Shown: positions 44,301 through 55,813 of the stretch, piece by piece
How the letters are laid out: every line of letters starts with the position of its first letter
Numbering within the stretch: the first letter of the stretch is position 1
Origin: Neophaeotheca triangularis
Lineage: Eukaryota
Reading direction: 5' to 3'
NCBI GenBank assembly: GCA_054600435.1
Contig: BAAIJX010000005.1
Coordinates: 620,001 to 684,000 of the forward strand
Length of the DNA: 64,000 nucleotides
The notes under the pieces: model-generated
Told to the model about the DNA's origin: nothing
Seen by the model: only the letters and a program-made list of their open reading frames with translations
Database searches by the model: none
Translations under genes and position numbers: made by a program

Positions 44301-45174
44301 ACTTGCAGCATAACGCGCCTCGATGCCACTCAACCCTTGCGGGTTGGCATCTACAGGAGTTTCTGGGGGAGGAGGCGAGCCCCTGGAGGCTCTCGTAGTG
44401 GAGGTCGAAGCGGTACTGTCGAGCCTATTGACGCCTGACGGGTCAGTGGTATTCAGGTTTCCTTGCCTTCCTTGCCCTTCTTTTCGCTGCGCAGGGGCTG
44501 GCGACGCAGCACTCAACGGTGGTGGGTAGTATTGTTGTTGATAGTCGGGGTAGGGTTCTTGAGCAGCAGGAGCCGGTGCAGCTGCAGAAGCAGGCGTCCC
44601 CTGCCTGTTGGGTTGCCTCTGGAACAAATCCTCATCGTCCTTCTCAGGTGGTTCTGGACCACCCGGGCTTTCTGGGAACAGGCTTCGCGATTGTGAAGGT
44701 GGCTGCTCGGCGACATTCTCAGCTTGCGGCGGTGGGGAGAAGCCGTAGCCGTAGCCTCCCATGGTTGGCCTGTTCGGGTCGTTGGCCTGGAAGCGCGCCC
44801 TGCGCCCACCGCTACTGCCTGCTGACATATCCGAATTGATACTCGCTCTCTTGGAATGACCGCCTCTCCCCTCTTCTGCGAGTTCGTTGGGTGTCTCAGA
44901 CCTGCTCGGTGCTCTCCTCTCCCCAAAAGTTGGGGTTCCTTGTCGGGAGGAGCTCTGATAGTGATTCTGGTACGGCTGTGGTAATGGTCCGGCGGGTGGA
45001 GGCGACGTCGGCATGCCATAGGTCTGCGCAGCACTACTCGAGGGTGGTACTTGGTATGACGCCCATTGCTGAGTGGGACGATCGTCTGTCCCACCGGAGG
45101 GTTGTGGGGAGCTCGTCTTGTGTATGCGAAGAGGTGCCGGTGTACCCTCGGCAGCTCCGGTCTGTTGCTGATAC

Positions 45175-45219
<45 letters not shown>

Positions 45220-45293
45220 GGCTGCGGCTGTGGAGGCGGCGAGGGTGTGTAGTTCAGGAAGAGTTCGTCGCCCTGTCCGTGGCCTTGTGCCAT
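41340..45293 (-). CDS. WW-domain plus PhoD-like metallophosphatase-fold protein with a Q/P-rich N-terminus
   Basis: WW domain LPEGWIAHLD..GQYYYIHLPTQSTQWEFP. PhoD-like region GFHVQIGLGGQIYAD and DDHDIFDGYGSY. An intron after HESK joins the 41340-41822 ORF. Confidence 0.85.
45165..45231 (-). repeat. CAG/CAA polyglutamine repeat
   Basis: The protein reads PQPQPQ14YQQQ; the plus strand shows a (CTG/TTG)n run. Confidence 0.9.
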
Positions 45294-45950
45294 GGTGAGT
45301 GACTACTGCCGTCAGTGCCAGCTGGAGCGGCCGGATATGTCTAAGGTATGTGCAAGTGCGTTGGAAGCGTCGCTGACGATGGATCCAGGTCAGCTCCCGA
45401 GGTCACCTGCAGCTTCGACAGGGCCCAGGAGTCGTGTTGCCGTGGGTTATAGTAGTACCGCCTCCTACCTACAAAGTAATATATGTAGGTGCCACCCGGT
45501 GTTTTGAAATGGTTGATGAGAGAAATTGGGAAAGACGACCTCACATGTCCACTACCTCTTGTGCGCACAGTACGTAGATGCAGCCTAGTATGTAGGTCGA
45601 GCTAATAGTAAAACAGCTAGCTCTATATATCGAGGTCGCCCTTCAGCCCTTCATATTCAGCCTACCTCCACTACGGTCGCGGCCCAAGAGAGAGGAAGTG
45701 GGCTTTAAGCGCGAAGCTGTCTTTAGGCTGACCGTGGCTGTCCTGCATGAGCCAGGCCATTGGCTCGCTCTAGCCGCCGACATGCCAGACGGCAGTACAT
45801 ACTACTATGTACTATGTACTGTGTAGTCACCGCACCCACTCGTCTTCTTCACGCACACCTAGGCTACAGCACAGCACAGCATAGCACAGCACATAACCAT
45901 TTCCTTCATCGCGTAGGTACCGTAAAGTATGCACGCATGTTTTGTGTGTT

Positions 45951-46039
45951 TGTCTGTCTGTCTGTCTGTCTGTCTGATTGATTGATTGATCGATTGATTG
46001 ATCGATTGATGGATTGATTAATTGATTGATTGATTGATC
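45951..46039. repeat. Compound (TGTC)n(GATT)n tetranucleotide microsatellite
   Basis: Directly visible, in the divergent promoter between the WW/PhoD gene and STE24. Confidence 0.92.
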
Positions 46040-46253
46040 AGAATCGATTGACCGTTTCTTCCGTGTGTGGAGCTCTCTCTCTGTTCGGGAGGAAAAACGG
46101 CCGAAACCTAGCGCAGGGTCAACACTGTCCAATCAGCCATCACTCCTGAGGGGAAAGCCACCTCAGCTTGTAGAACCGAACCTACGTCTTCACATCGATC
46201 GTCAATGGCTGAATAAGTTAGAACTACCTACCTCTACACACTCCTCCTATATC

Positions 46254-47693
46254 ATGGACTTCTTACGACGCCTCGGGGCGGGGCTGGACAACCCCTCCGT
46301 ACCATGGAAGAGCCTGATCATCACCTTTGCCATTGGTGAATATTGCCTCGAATCCTACCTCAGCTACCGGCAATACCAGGTCCTCAAGCGCAAGACGATC
46401 CCCCCTCAGCTCAAAAACGAAGTCGACCAGGCCACCTACGACAAGTCCCAAGCCTACGGCCGCGCAAAATCCCACTTCAGCTTCGTCTCCGGCGTCTGGG
46501 GCCAGCTCAAGAACCTCGCCGTCATCGGCTGGGACGTCTACCCCAAACTCTGGGCCCTGACAGGTCTCTGGCTGACCCGCTATGCCCCCGAGGGCTACCG
46601 GGGCGAAATCACACACTCCCTCGTCTTCGGCTTCACCTACAGTCTAGTTGAAACCGTTCTCAACCTGCCCTTCAGCTACTATTACAACTTCATCCTCGAG
46701 GAATCCTTCGGCTTCAACAAGCAAACCCTCTCCCTCTGGGTGACAGACCTGCTCAAATCCCAAGCCCTCTCCTTCGTCTTCGGGATCCCCATAGGCGCCG
46801 CCTTCCTTAAGATCATCCAGAAAACCGGCGACCAATTCTTCCTCTACGTCTGGCTCTTCACCCTCGCCGTCCAGCTGTTTGCCATAACAATCTACCCTAT
46901 TGTCATCGTCCCGCTCTTCAACAAGCTGACCCCACTCCAACCCGGCCCGCTCAAAGACCGCGTCGAAGCCCTCGCCCAGCGCCTCAATTTCCCTCTTGCC
47001 GAACTCTCCGTCATCGACGGCTCCAAACGCTCCGCCCACAGCAATGCCTACTTCGCCGGCCTGCCATGGAAGAAGAAGATTGTCATCTACGATACGCTGA
47101 TCGAAAAGAGCACGGAAAAGGAGATTGAAGCCGTCCTGGCGCACGAGCTGGGCCACTGGAAGATGGGCCACACGACCAAACTCCTCGGTATCAGCAGTTT
47201 CCACTTGTTCTACGTCTTCACGCTGTTTAGCGTCTTTATCAACAACAACAGTCTCTACGAGGCTTTTGGGTTCTTGAAAGAAAAGCCGATCATCATTGGT
47301 TTCATCCTGTTTAACGAGGTCTTGAGCCCGACAGACAGTGTGGTCAAACTACTCATGAACATCTGGACGAGGAGTATGGAGTTTGAAGCTGGTACGCGCT
47401 ATTTCCCCTACCCACCTCCAACTAATCAAACCCCTTTCGTCAAAATCCAAACCCTCGCTAACACATCGATCCCCGCAGACGCCTTCTCCCACAAATTGGG
47501 CTACGCGCAAGAACTCGCCTCCTCGCTCATCAAGCTGCAAATCCAGAACCTGTCTTCCATGGATGCCGACTGGATGTACTCGTCCTACCACTACTCGCAC
47601 CCGATCCTGACCGAGAGGCTAAAGGCCGTGGGCTGGACCAGCGAGAAGAAGGTTGGAAGCGAAAAAGCGACGCCGACGAAAGATGAGCTTTAA
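46254..47693 (+). CDS. STE24: CAAX prenyl protease 1 (peptidase M48)
   Basis: Motifs KSQAYGRAK, LEESFGFNKQT, DGSKRSAHSNAYF, VLAHELGHW (HEXXH), EFEA|DAF and YHYSHPILTERL. Intron 47392-47478. Confidence 0.96.
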   Translation: MDFLRRLGAGLDNPSVPWKSLIITFAIGEYCLESYLSYRQYQVLKRKTIPPQLKNEVDQATYDKSQAYGRAKSHFSFVSGVWGQLKNLAVIGWDVYPKLWALTGLWLTRYAPEGYRGEITHSLVFGFTYSLVETVLNLPFSYYYNFILEESFGFNKQTLSLWVTDLLKSQALSFVFGIPIGAAFLKIIQKTGDQFFLYVWLFTLAVQLFAITIYPIVIVPLFNKLTPLQPGPLKDRVEALAQRLNFPLAELSVIDGSKRSAHSNAYFAGLPWKKKIVIYDTLIEKSTEKEIEAVLAHELGHWKMGHTTKLLGISSFHLFYVFTLFSVFINNNSLYEAFGFLKEKPIIIGFILFNEVLSPTDSVVKLLMNIWTRSMEFEAGTRYFPYPPPTNQTPFVKIQTLANTSIPADAFSHKLGYAQELASSLIKLQIQNLSSMDADWMYSSYHYSHPILTERLKAVGWTSEKKVGSEKATPTKDEL

Positions 47694-48252
47694 GGAGGAG
47701 CGTCTCTTGTCGATGTGTGGGAGCGATGGTGTCGAGGCGCAGTTAGTAGTCGGATGGACATTGCATGCTTGGGGTGTGGAAGAGCTTTGTTCTTGGCGTA
47801 GGATTAACTCCGCTACATTCACGGCTCGGGCATGCCACTGTTGTCCCCGAAAAGTCGATGTTCGAGCGTTTTAAAACTTCACGTGTTTGCCGCCCGTTCT
47901 GACCATTGTCTTCGTAGCCTTCCCTTGGCTTGTAATTGACGTTGCTGACTTGCGCTTCGGCTTACCCACGACACGATCATGAGCGTCGGCCACTTGCTCC
48001 TCTCGACCGCTCACCGCGAGAGAGGTAGACGGCATGAGCTCCTGGGCCGTAGCACCTTTGGCTCTCTTTGACTTCTTCGCTCCAATCATGGCTCCCCCAT
48101 CACTCGGACCCTTGGCCTTCCTCTCCCTCGCGACTCCAACCTCTGCACCTCTCTTCACTACAGACGACGCCTCTGCTACTCAAAACAGCAAAGTCAGCAA
48201 TTTGAACGCCAGGTCACGTCACCATCCACATCCCAACCGCCTGATGTCAATA

Positions 48253-48903
48253 TCAACCTTTCTTCTTCTCCGCCTGCATCGCCTTGTTCCTTGCCTTCTT
48301 CGCCGCCTTCCTCGCCGCCTTCTCCTTCTCCGTCTTCGCCCGCTTATCCACACGTCCCTCATCATCATGCTCCTCCAGCACAGGCGGCCCCTCGCCCTCC
48401 CTAACCACCGGCGCTCCCTCGCGCTCCCCCACCTCCCCCTCCACAACCCTCTGCTGCCGATCAAAAACCTCCTTGTCCTGCCAGCCCTCCACCTCCTCGC
48501 GCCCACTCACTCCCGCCCCATCATCCCAAGAATCCACCCTCTCCTCCCGCCTCCTCTTCAACGAACTCTTCAGCGGCTTCTTCTCCCTCCTCTCCTCGTC
48601 CCCGCCGAGCAAATCCCCCAGATCCTCTCCCGTGAACCTTGCCAGTTCCTCTCGCGTCTCGGCCACCAAGCTCTCGCCCCTCAGCCCAGCTTCTATGCGT
48701 CGCAGATGGTGGAGAGCGAGCCCGCCATTGGTGCCCGCTGTTGCGCTGAACGAGATGCCGGAGCTCGAGAGTATGGAGTCCGGGTGGAGGTGCGGTTGTT
48801 TTTGCGAGCGGGTTAGGAAGGTTGAGAGAGTGGTTTGGGCTGTTGATGGGGGGAGAGGGTGCGTGGTATGGTGGAGGGAGGGTGGGGGGCAAATTGGTGG
48901 CAT
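48253..48903 (-). CDS. Probable RNA polymerase I subunit A14-like protein
   Basis: FL..PHLHPDSIL..GGLALHHLRRIEAGLRGE followed by a basic C-terminus. The family assignment is from recall. Confidence 0.55.
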   Translation of the reverse strand: MPPICPPPSLHHTTHPLPPSTAQTTLSTFLTRSQKQPHLHPDSILSSSGISFSATAGTNGGLALHHLRRIEAGLRGESLVAETREELARFTGEDLGDLLGGDEERREKKPLKSSLKRRREERVDSWDDGAGVSGREEVEGWQDKEVFDRQQRVVEGEVGEREGAPVVREGEGPPVLEEHDDEGRVDKRAKTEKEKAARKAAKKARNKAMQAEKKKG

Positions 48904-49178
48904 CTTGTTGCTGAAGGGGTTTCGGCGGTGGTAGTGGTGGTGGTGGGATCTCTTCGTGTTGGCGGCGCGGTAGCGCGTGGGCTTGTTGCGAGTGCTTTTG
49001 CTTGAGCTGGAGAATCGCGGGCGGAACTTTTTGGTTTTGGGATTGGTGGCCCGTGCGCTTCTCCGAATCCGCCGCGCCATGGGACGAACGTCAAGTCGAG
49101 GTGAAGGTGTGTGTATGGTACCTAGACGACGACACCAGATTGCCTCCATATCAACTACCGCGAAGGCAATCGCACAAG

Positions 49179-49646
49179 ATGATCTGTCTCCGCTGCATCA
49201 GAAGCTCTCTCGCAACGCCGCTACGACAACTTCGGCAAATAGCCCAACAATCGCAACCACAACTCCACCACCAACAGCAAAGGTACCACCCACTCCACTC
49301 CCACAACCAGACCACCCCAAAACCCCCCACCTCTAACACCGATCAAACCAGACCCCTCACCCTCCTCACACGCCTCCCAACCCGCCCCTCCCTCTCCCCT
49401 AGCCAAACAACTCCCACACCCACCACCGGCCTCGCCAGCACCGGTCTCGAGACCCCCTCCTCAATCTCCGCGACCCTGCCATCGCCTTCCTTGGTCCAAG
49501 CCCGCGGCGCCAAGAGAGTGACGTTCAAACCCAGCCATATTGTGCGGAAAAGGCGACATGGGTTTTTGTCACGGGTTCGGACGAGGACGGGCCGGAAAAC
49601 GCTGATGAGGAGGCGGTTGAAGGGGAGGAATACTTTGAGTCATTAG
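49179..49646 (+). CDS. Mitochondrial ribosomal protein bL34m
   Basis: Presequence-like N-terminus ([10 protein letters not shown]..). The C-terminal [41 protein letters not shown] is the L34 signature. Confidence 0.92.
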   Translation: MICLRCIRSSLATPLRQLRQIAQQSQPQLHHQQQRYHPLHSHNQTTPKPPTSNTDQTRPLTLLTRLPTRPSLSPSQTTPTPTTGLASTGLETPSSISATLPSPSLVQARGAKRVTFKPSHIVRKRRHGFLSRVRTRTGRKTLMRRRLKGRNTLSH

Positions 49647-50206
49647 TGGGGGAATTGGAAGAAGGCTCTAGGGTTTCTTTTTTGGGGAGGTTTATGGGTT
49701 GAGGGAATGGAAGGCAGGGGGAATGCTGGGATGGCGGGGACGGGGGTTGTTGGGTTTGTGTGGAAGGTGCTGGAGTGGATGAGCGGGTGGGTTTGTAGGC
49801 TCGCTTGCGAGCGGAATGGAAAGGGATGGCATGGGAGAAGGCCACTCGGGCTCTGTGAATGAGGGTTTGGGTGAGGAGGGATGGAGGCTAGACGTGAGAT
49901 GCCGGCTTAGGAGAAACCGCACACCCTTGAAGAAAGAAGAGTGCGAAGATACAACGTGTGGCTTTTGTAAAATAGGATATACCGCCAGAATGCAGCGTTT
50001 GAAGAATCCATTGGAGAAGTCTCCACCTTTCAGCCGACCAACTCGGTAAAATACCAACAGAACCCCTGTCAAACAAGGTAAAAGAGGTCAAAAAGCAAAG
50101 GACACAAGGCCAGCCCTCGAACCCAGACCGACTACTACAGAAGGCTAAAGTTATTCCCCCAACCGCGCTCAGAGATTATTTACTCGGAGAACAAGAAGAT
50201 CAGCCC

Positions 50207-51109
50207 TCAAACCCCCTCCTCCCCAGCCGCCCTCCTAACAAACTCCCCAGTCCTCTGCACCTGACTCAGAAACGGACTATGGCCACTCTCCACGCTCTCA
50301 ACCCCTACCGCCTCCTTCCCCCTTACCCCCTCCAGCCTCCCCACAACCGCCCTCTGCACTCCCACCGGCAGGGCTCGATCCAGCTCGCAGAGTAAATAGC
50401 TCACCCGGAGCTCCTGAACCTCCCAGGCAGCATTGGCGGTAATGGGCTCGATGTAGACGACTTGACTCTGAGCGGGACCCAGCAGGGAAATCCAGTGGCT
50501 GGCCGAAGAGGCGGGAAGGTCGTGGTAGAAGAACCAGCTTGCACCGGGGGGGTCGCGGGGGACCGCGAAGGCCTGGTGGGGCGGGGCCAGGGTTTGGCGG
50601 AGGGGTTGAGGGGGCGGGGTTGCTGCGTCGCCGGGCTGGGTCTTGCTTCCGGTGGAAGTCGGGGGTTGAGTCGAGTCTGCGTTCTCGTAAATCAGGGCCG
50701 AGCAAGCTGTAGCGGCTTGGACGAAGGTTTCGCCGCTGAGGGGCAGCATTGCGGCGATGGCTGCGATGGCTGTGACGGCGTTGGGGTGGTTTTGGGAGCG
50801 GCGGGTCGCTGGGTCGAGGCCGGTGATGGCGTTGATGGCTGGGACGCCGCCGTAGCTGTGGCAGAGGATGACGATGTTGTTGGGGCTTGAGGAGAGTTCT
50901 TCTTCGAGGGCGGCGCGGATGGTTGCGGTGTCATCGGCGAGTGTTTTGGGGGGCGAGTTGGGGTCTTGGGTTGAGGGCAGGGAGAGGGGGAGGGTTTTGT
51001 AATTGTAGGTTTGTAGGTAGGTTGCTAGGGGTTCGAAGTGGGCGGGGCGGTGCCAGGAGCCGTGGACGAGGACGATTGTTGGTTTGGAGTTTGGGGTCGA
51101 TGAGGCCAT
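50207..51109 (-). CDS. Alpha/beta hydrolase (methylesterase-like)
   Basis: IVLVHGSWH, nucleophile elbow CHSYGG, CELDRAL (Asp) and SGHSPFLS (His). Confidence 0.88.
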   Translation of the reverse strand: MASSTPNSKPTIVLVHGSWHRPAHFEPLATYLQTYNYKTLPLSLPSTQDPNSPPKTLADDTATIRAALEEELSSSPNNIVILCHSYGGVPAINAITGLDPATRRSQNHPNAVTAIAAIAAMLPLSGETFVQAATACSALIYENADSTQPPTSTGSKTQPGDAATPPPQPLRQTLAPPHQAFAVPRDPPGASWFFYHDLPASSASHWISLLGPAQSQVVYIEPITANAAWEVQELRVSYLLCELDRALPVGVQRAVVGRLEGVRGKEAVGVESVESGHSPFLSQVQRTGEFVRRAAGEEGV

Positions 51110-51620
51110 GTTGTGGATTTTGTTGGTGTTGCTACTGAACGGCAAGTCTGTTTCTTATTCGTTGTTAATTTGTGATGGTATCCTAGATGCTGCTGCTGCC
51201 TGCTCAATGGCGAAGGCCTTGTGTTAAACTCGCAATCGAAGCCTTTGCGGTTTTCTTGGGCATAGGTCAATAGTTGAAAAGCAATCAGGTTTGGTTTTAT
51301 GGCCGCAAACACCATTCCATCCCCCTACAGGTGTTTGATAGATGGCCACAGGAGTCATCAGCATGGCGAGCTTCACGTTCCAGGTTGTACCTAGGTAAGG
51401 TTCGCCTCTGCAGTGAGATTCAGCCTCGCAACGGCAGCTCCACTTGGTACAATATCAACCCCCACATCAATATGCCTATCCGCGTTCACCAAAGATGAAT
51501 TATCACGACTCACGAGTGCTAGGACGACAAAAGGAACGCCGGATCAGAGAATCTGAGCCCCGCTAAACGTATCCATCATCTCGCCGTCCTCGATGCCAAT
51601 ATCAAACGCTCACCCACCCC

Positions 51621-54512
51621 TCACATAACAACACACCCAACCCCATACATAGCCCTCTCCACATCGCCCTTCACCAAATACCAATCCGCCCTCCTCTCCG
51701 CAAACTCGTAAACCTCCTCGGCGGCAAAAATACCCCGATACCTCTGCGTATCGGCGATAATGGCCGCCAACTCCTTCGCCTGCTTCGCGCTCTCACTCTG
51801 CTTAGTACTCAGCACACTCCCGCGCTTGCCACCGCCGCCAAACATGTTCCCGGGCGGCTCAATGTGTACCAGGTAGATCTGGCCGAGTTCACGTAGCGCG
51901 GAGAAGTAAGGGACGAGCTGCTTCTGCCGCAGAGTGTTGACGAAAGAAGCGTAGTGGTTTATATCGGCTATGAGTTTGATGGCGCCGTCGATGGAGATGC
52001 GCTGGCGTTTGAAATGTTTGCACAGCGCGCCGAAGAGGCGGAGTCCGACTTCTTGCGTGAAGACGTCCAGCATATTTTTGTCCGTGCTGCCGACGAGCAT
52101 GTTCGTGTGGCCGGAGACGGTGTCGACGACTTGTTGGGCGGTGAGAGAGGGCCCGATGTCGAGACCGCTGGACTGTGAGGTTGGATTGAAATCGGTGGGT
52201 TTTTGTGTCGTGGCGCAGATGTATTCGACTTCGGTGATGAGGACGTCGATGCCCTTGTTGAGACCGGCGGCGACGCGCTCGTCGAGCATTTGCTCAAAGC
52301 GCTTCTTTTCTTTGACCGCCGGGTCGAGGAAGTCGTCGCGATCGGTGAGTTTGGTGGAGACGAGTTCTTGCGCGTAGAAGACGTCGACCATTTGTTGAAT
52401 TAGGTCGCCTAGGTTGACGAGTTCGAGAAAGGTTACGAGGGGCTCGACGCCGATTGCTTGCCCGCTGTGTTCGGTGCCGTTGCCATTGGGATGAGATCGG
52501 AACTGGCGTACTTCGCGTGGATTGTAGGAGCCTAGGTGCTCGACTGCCTTGTCAAAACCGGTCTTTATGTGTCGACCTCCGAGGATGGTGAGGAGGTTGC
52601 AGAAGATGGCTTCGCATTGCTCTTTGGCTGACGTGCCTGGCTTGTCACCCATTTGAACGAAGATTGCGGCGCGCTCGAGGGATGCTTTGGCAAGATGGGT
52701 GAGGTTGAGAGCCACTTCGACGCTAAAGAGCGTTTTAATGCCCTCGAGTCGAGAGTTCATGATGGCTGCTTTGGCCGCAAGCTCCGTCGTAGGAGCTTCT
52801 GGGAGAGGCGTCGATGCGCGATTTCCTGCGCCTGAACCGTTCAGTGAAGGTGTCGAGGTCCGCGTTCCACTACCTTCACTATCCACAACCGCCGAAGATC
52901 GATTGGCCGCATTCACTACTGGTTTCGTAGTTCCGAAGGCTGGCATGATATTAACCGGCATCATGACTACTTTTTTGAAAGAGGAAAGGAAGTCTCTTTT
53001 AGCGGCCTGTCGATTGACATTCGACATGAAGAAAGACTCTGTCGATGCCTCCTGCTCAGACAGTTGCTTCTCCCATTGGCCGACCTCTGCTGTAGATTTG
53101 TTTTTGAAAACGTCGAGCTCCTCTTTCAAGTACAAATCAACGTGCTTGTCGAAACACTGCAAAACTGTACTTTTCGACTGCTCTCGGAAGTCTGGCGGAG
53201 TTGCCTTTGTAGGCTGCAGCGAAGCAGTCAATCGCATCGCCTGTCCAAACGTTCCAGACACCGCTTTAACGTATGCATCAACACTCCTCGAATGCGTTTC
53301 GTCGAACAGAGTAGTGAGATAATCGGACATCACCTCTTCACATATGCGCGACAAGAAAGGCGTCAGTACGTCTGCTGATGGGAAGATTGTATCAATGACG
53401 GTGGCCTGATCGACAAGCACACCAGCGATACCCTCGAAGAATCGTTGTGACGCATTCAGATCGACATGGCCGGGCGCGCAGCCTTCAAGACAATCTAAAG
53501 GCTTTCCAAGGCGCAACGTCCGCTGCATGATCGGGTGGCTGGTGATGAAAGAATCGATAACGGCAGCTCCACCATTCAAGGTAACTAGCACTTGAGCATA
53601 TCGTCGCATTCGGCCGTCAACATCGCTATCGATATATCCATGACGGAACTCCTGAAGCACGGCATTTTCGAAAACGCCCATCATCGTATCCAATCTTTCC
53701 TCTCTTCGTTCCCAGCCCTGGCTATCGTCGCATCGCGCAAACCTCTTCAAATTTGCCAAAACCTGAGCTTGCTGCTCCGGATCTCTGTACGTTCGAAATA
53801 CCAACGAATCCGAGTGACCTTTCGATCGATCCAAGTCCTGGTAAAGCGGGCCAAGAGCTCCGTAGATTTTCGCAAACTCCTCTTTCGCATGTCCTCTAAT
53901 CGATCTGACATTCTCAAAAGCCGCCAAAGCACTCATTAGATCCCAACTCCTCGAAGGCTCTTGCGAGGGTACCGCATTGTCAAACCCATCCGACAGCGTT
54001 TCTTTTCTCCTCGATTTTCCCTCAACCTCTACACTCCTCTTATATCTCTCCTCCTCGAATCCAGCGTCAAAGAGCGTCACACTTCCCGCATGCCGTCTGC
54101 CAGTCCCATTCACACCCACGCCCGTCCTCTCCTTCTCCTCAACCTCCTTACTCCTCCTCGCCTCCACTTTCCTCCTAACCAACGCCTCCTGCCTCTGTTT
54201 CGCCTCACTCTCATTCCATACCCCCATCGCGCGCAACCGCTGCTGCCACCGCGAATCATCGTAGACCATCTCGTGTAAGCGCCTGGAAACTCGCGCACAA
54301 CGCACCAAGTCCGGGACAGGTACGTAATCCAAGATCGTCGCCAGGAGTTCGGCAGGCAGCACGGGCTTCGAGTCCACGATTGCAGTGGCGCGCAGAGAGG
54401 CCAGCACGTTGTCATTGCTGCGGCTTGGGACGTTGGTCATTTGGGCTTGTTTGAGGGCTGCGAACTTGTGGGCAGGGGGCTTGCCCTTGGGTGTGCCAGT
54501 ACGCGCGCTCAT
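51621..54512 (-). CDS. RCY1: Recyclin-1 (F-box plus Sec10-like domain)
   Basis: N-terminal F-box LPAELLATILDYV..ARVSR. Sec10-like region FLELVNLGDLIQQMVDVFY, KKRFEQMLDERVAAGLNKGIDVL and EEVYEFAERRADW. C-terminal CaaX motif CVVM. Confidence 0.9.
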   Translation of the reverse strand: MSARTGTPKGKPPAHKFAALKQAQMTNVPSRSNDNVLASLRATAIVDSKPVLPAELLATILDYVPVPDLVRCARVSRRLHEMVYDDSRWQQRLRAMGVWNESEAKQRQEALVRRKVEARRSKEVEEKERTGVGVNGTGRRHAGSVTLFDAGFEEERYKRSVEVEGKSRRKETLSDGFDNAVPSQEPSRSWDLMSALAAFENVRSIRGHAKEEFAKIYGALGPLYQDLDRSKGHSDSLVFRTYRDPEQQAQVLANLKRFARCDDSQGWERREERLDTMMGVFENAVLQEFRHGYIDSDVDGRMRRYAQVLVTLNGGAAVIDSFITSHPIMQRTLRLGKPLDCLEGCAPGHVDLNASQRFFEGIAGVLVDQATVIDTIFPSADVLTPFLSRICEEVMSDYLTTLFDETHSRSVDAYVKAVSGTFGQAMRLTASLQPTKATPPDFREQSKSTVLQCFDKHVDLYLKEELDVFKNKSTAEVGQWEKQLSEQEASTESFFMSNVNRQAAKRDFLSSFKKVVMMPVNIMPAFGTTKPVVNAANRSSAVVDSEGSGTRTSTPSLNGSGAGNRASTPLPEAPTTELAAKAAIMNSRLEGIKTLFSVEVALNLTHLAKASLERAAIFVQMGDKPGTSAKEQCEAIFCNLLTILGGRHIKTGFDKAVEHLGSYNPREVRQFRSHPNGNGTEHSGQAIGVEPLVTFLELVNLGDLIQQMVDVFYAQELVSTKLTDRDDFLDPAVKEKKRFEQMLDERVAAGLNKGIDVLITEVEYICATTQKPTDFNPTSQSSGLDIGPSLTAQQVVDTVSGHTNMLVGSTDKNMLDVFTQEVGLRLFGALCKHFKRQRISIDGAIKLIADINHYASFVNTLRQKQLVPYFSALRELGQIYLVHIEPPGNMFGGGGKRGSVLSTKQSESAKQAKELAAIIADTQRYRGIFAAEEVYEFAERRADWYLVKGDVERAMYGVGCVVM

Positions 54513-55141
54513 GACGGAAGCGACTGAGGGCCGTACGCCTTGACCTTTGAGGTGAGGTATGTACGGTTGCCTTTCTGTTCAATCGAGGGACGTTGGAGCT
54601 GCCATCGAGGTGACGCCTGCGTATGTTATGTAAGCAGCCCGACAAGGTGCCCCCAGCTGGGCTGGAGGTGTCGATGTGGAACCGACCGTCAAGACAAGAC
54701 GACCGTTCCACCGTTTCACAGCGAACACCTCGCATGATATCTTGGCCCGGGATCGACTGCTGTCTTTATCCTGAACGTCACCTGCAAAGCAACGGCGGCA
54801 TGGTATGATATCTCACTGGTACCTTATTAGCAGCAGGCCGTCGGCACATTCGCAGGGCCATGCGGCCTCTCACCAATCGCATTGATGCCCAACCCTCTGT
54901 GCGCATATTAGCGCTACAGCCACCGAGTCGTCTGGACTACGAACCAAGGCAAGGCACAGACAGCAGAGTGCAGCTATCTTACATGCTCCCATCGCCCTGT
55001 AAGTAACGTGGTTGCTCGACAAGGTAGGTTTGCTAATTGCATCTCCACTCTCTTCTCATCCATTGTCAGCCCGCAGAGACCTTCCACCGTCGGCGCGCAC
55101 ACCCACCCACCAAACACCGAGTAGCGAGACCACAACCAAGT

Positions 55142-55813
55142 ATGTGTTTCGTCAAGGTCAAAGAAGACGAAGACTACTCAGTCCCCGCAAGACGCGTCCG
55201 TCGCGTGCGAGAGCGCACACCCTCCCCACGTCGTTCTGCCCGCTATTCGCGCACAGTAGTCGAAGAGCGACGGCCCTCGCCCCGAGCCTCCTTTGCACCA
55301 CCACCTCCCCCACCTCCCCCAGCGCAACCTACAGTAGTCGAGCCACCGCCACCGCCACCACCACCCGCGCCCGCCGCCAGTGTACGCAGTCGCAGCCGCA
55401 CCAACAGCCACTATGTAGAAGTCGCGCCATCCACATCCTCCAGTTCATCCTCCAGCTCCGACGACCTACGCTCCCGCGCTACGAAGAAATCCCACAGAAC
55501 CTCTGCCCAGGGCTCAGGCTACCACATTCGGGAAAAGGAGTACAGACGATCGCGAGGGTATTCGCAACCACGGCAACCGGAGTATGAGACTTTCCGCTAT
55601 GTGGATGCGCCTTCTTCTGGTCGTGAGAGTAGGGGCGGTGGTGGTGAGGGCGATAGGGATCGGAGTTTGAATGTAAGGGTTCGGGACTCGGGAGGGCCGA
55701 GGAGTAGTTTCCAGGATGATCCGAGGGCTTCGAGGCAGAGTTATGGGAGGCAGAGGGAGAGGATTGAGGTGGAGGATGGGTATGGGAGGAGGAGGAGGGA
55801 TTACAGAACGTGA
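55142..55813 (+). CDS. Hypothetical Arg/Ser/Pro-rich low-complexity protein
   Basis: 223-aa ORF from ATG 55142 (MCFVKVKEDEDYSVPARRV..) filling the gap between RCY1 and the synaptojanin-like gene. No domain recognised. Confidence 0.65.
   Translation: MCFVKVKEDEDYSVPARRVRRVRERTPSPRRSARYSRTVVEERRPSPRASFAPPPPPPPPAQPTVVEPPPPPPPPAPAASVRSRSRTNSHYVEVAPSTSSSSSSSSDDLRSRATKKSHRTSAQGSGYHIREKEYRRSRGYSQPRQPEYETFRYVDAPSSGRESRGGGGEGDRDRSLNVRVRDSGGPRSSFQDDPRASRQSYGRQRERIEVEDGYGRRRRDYRT

Noticed and set aside
46065..46253. In-frame non-AUG N-terminal extensions in the ORF track (STE24; likewise the RING genes, bL34m, ERG12 and the 23750 ORF)
   Set aside because: These arise from bacterial-style start codons or upstream in-frame sequence. 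Downstream ATGs give the expected N-termini or signal peptides.
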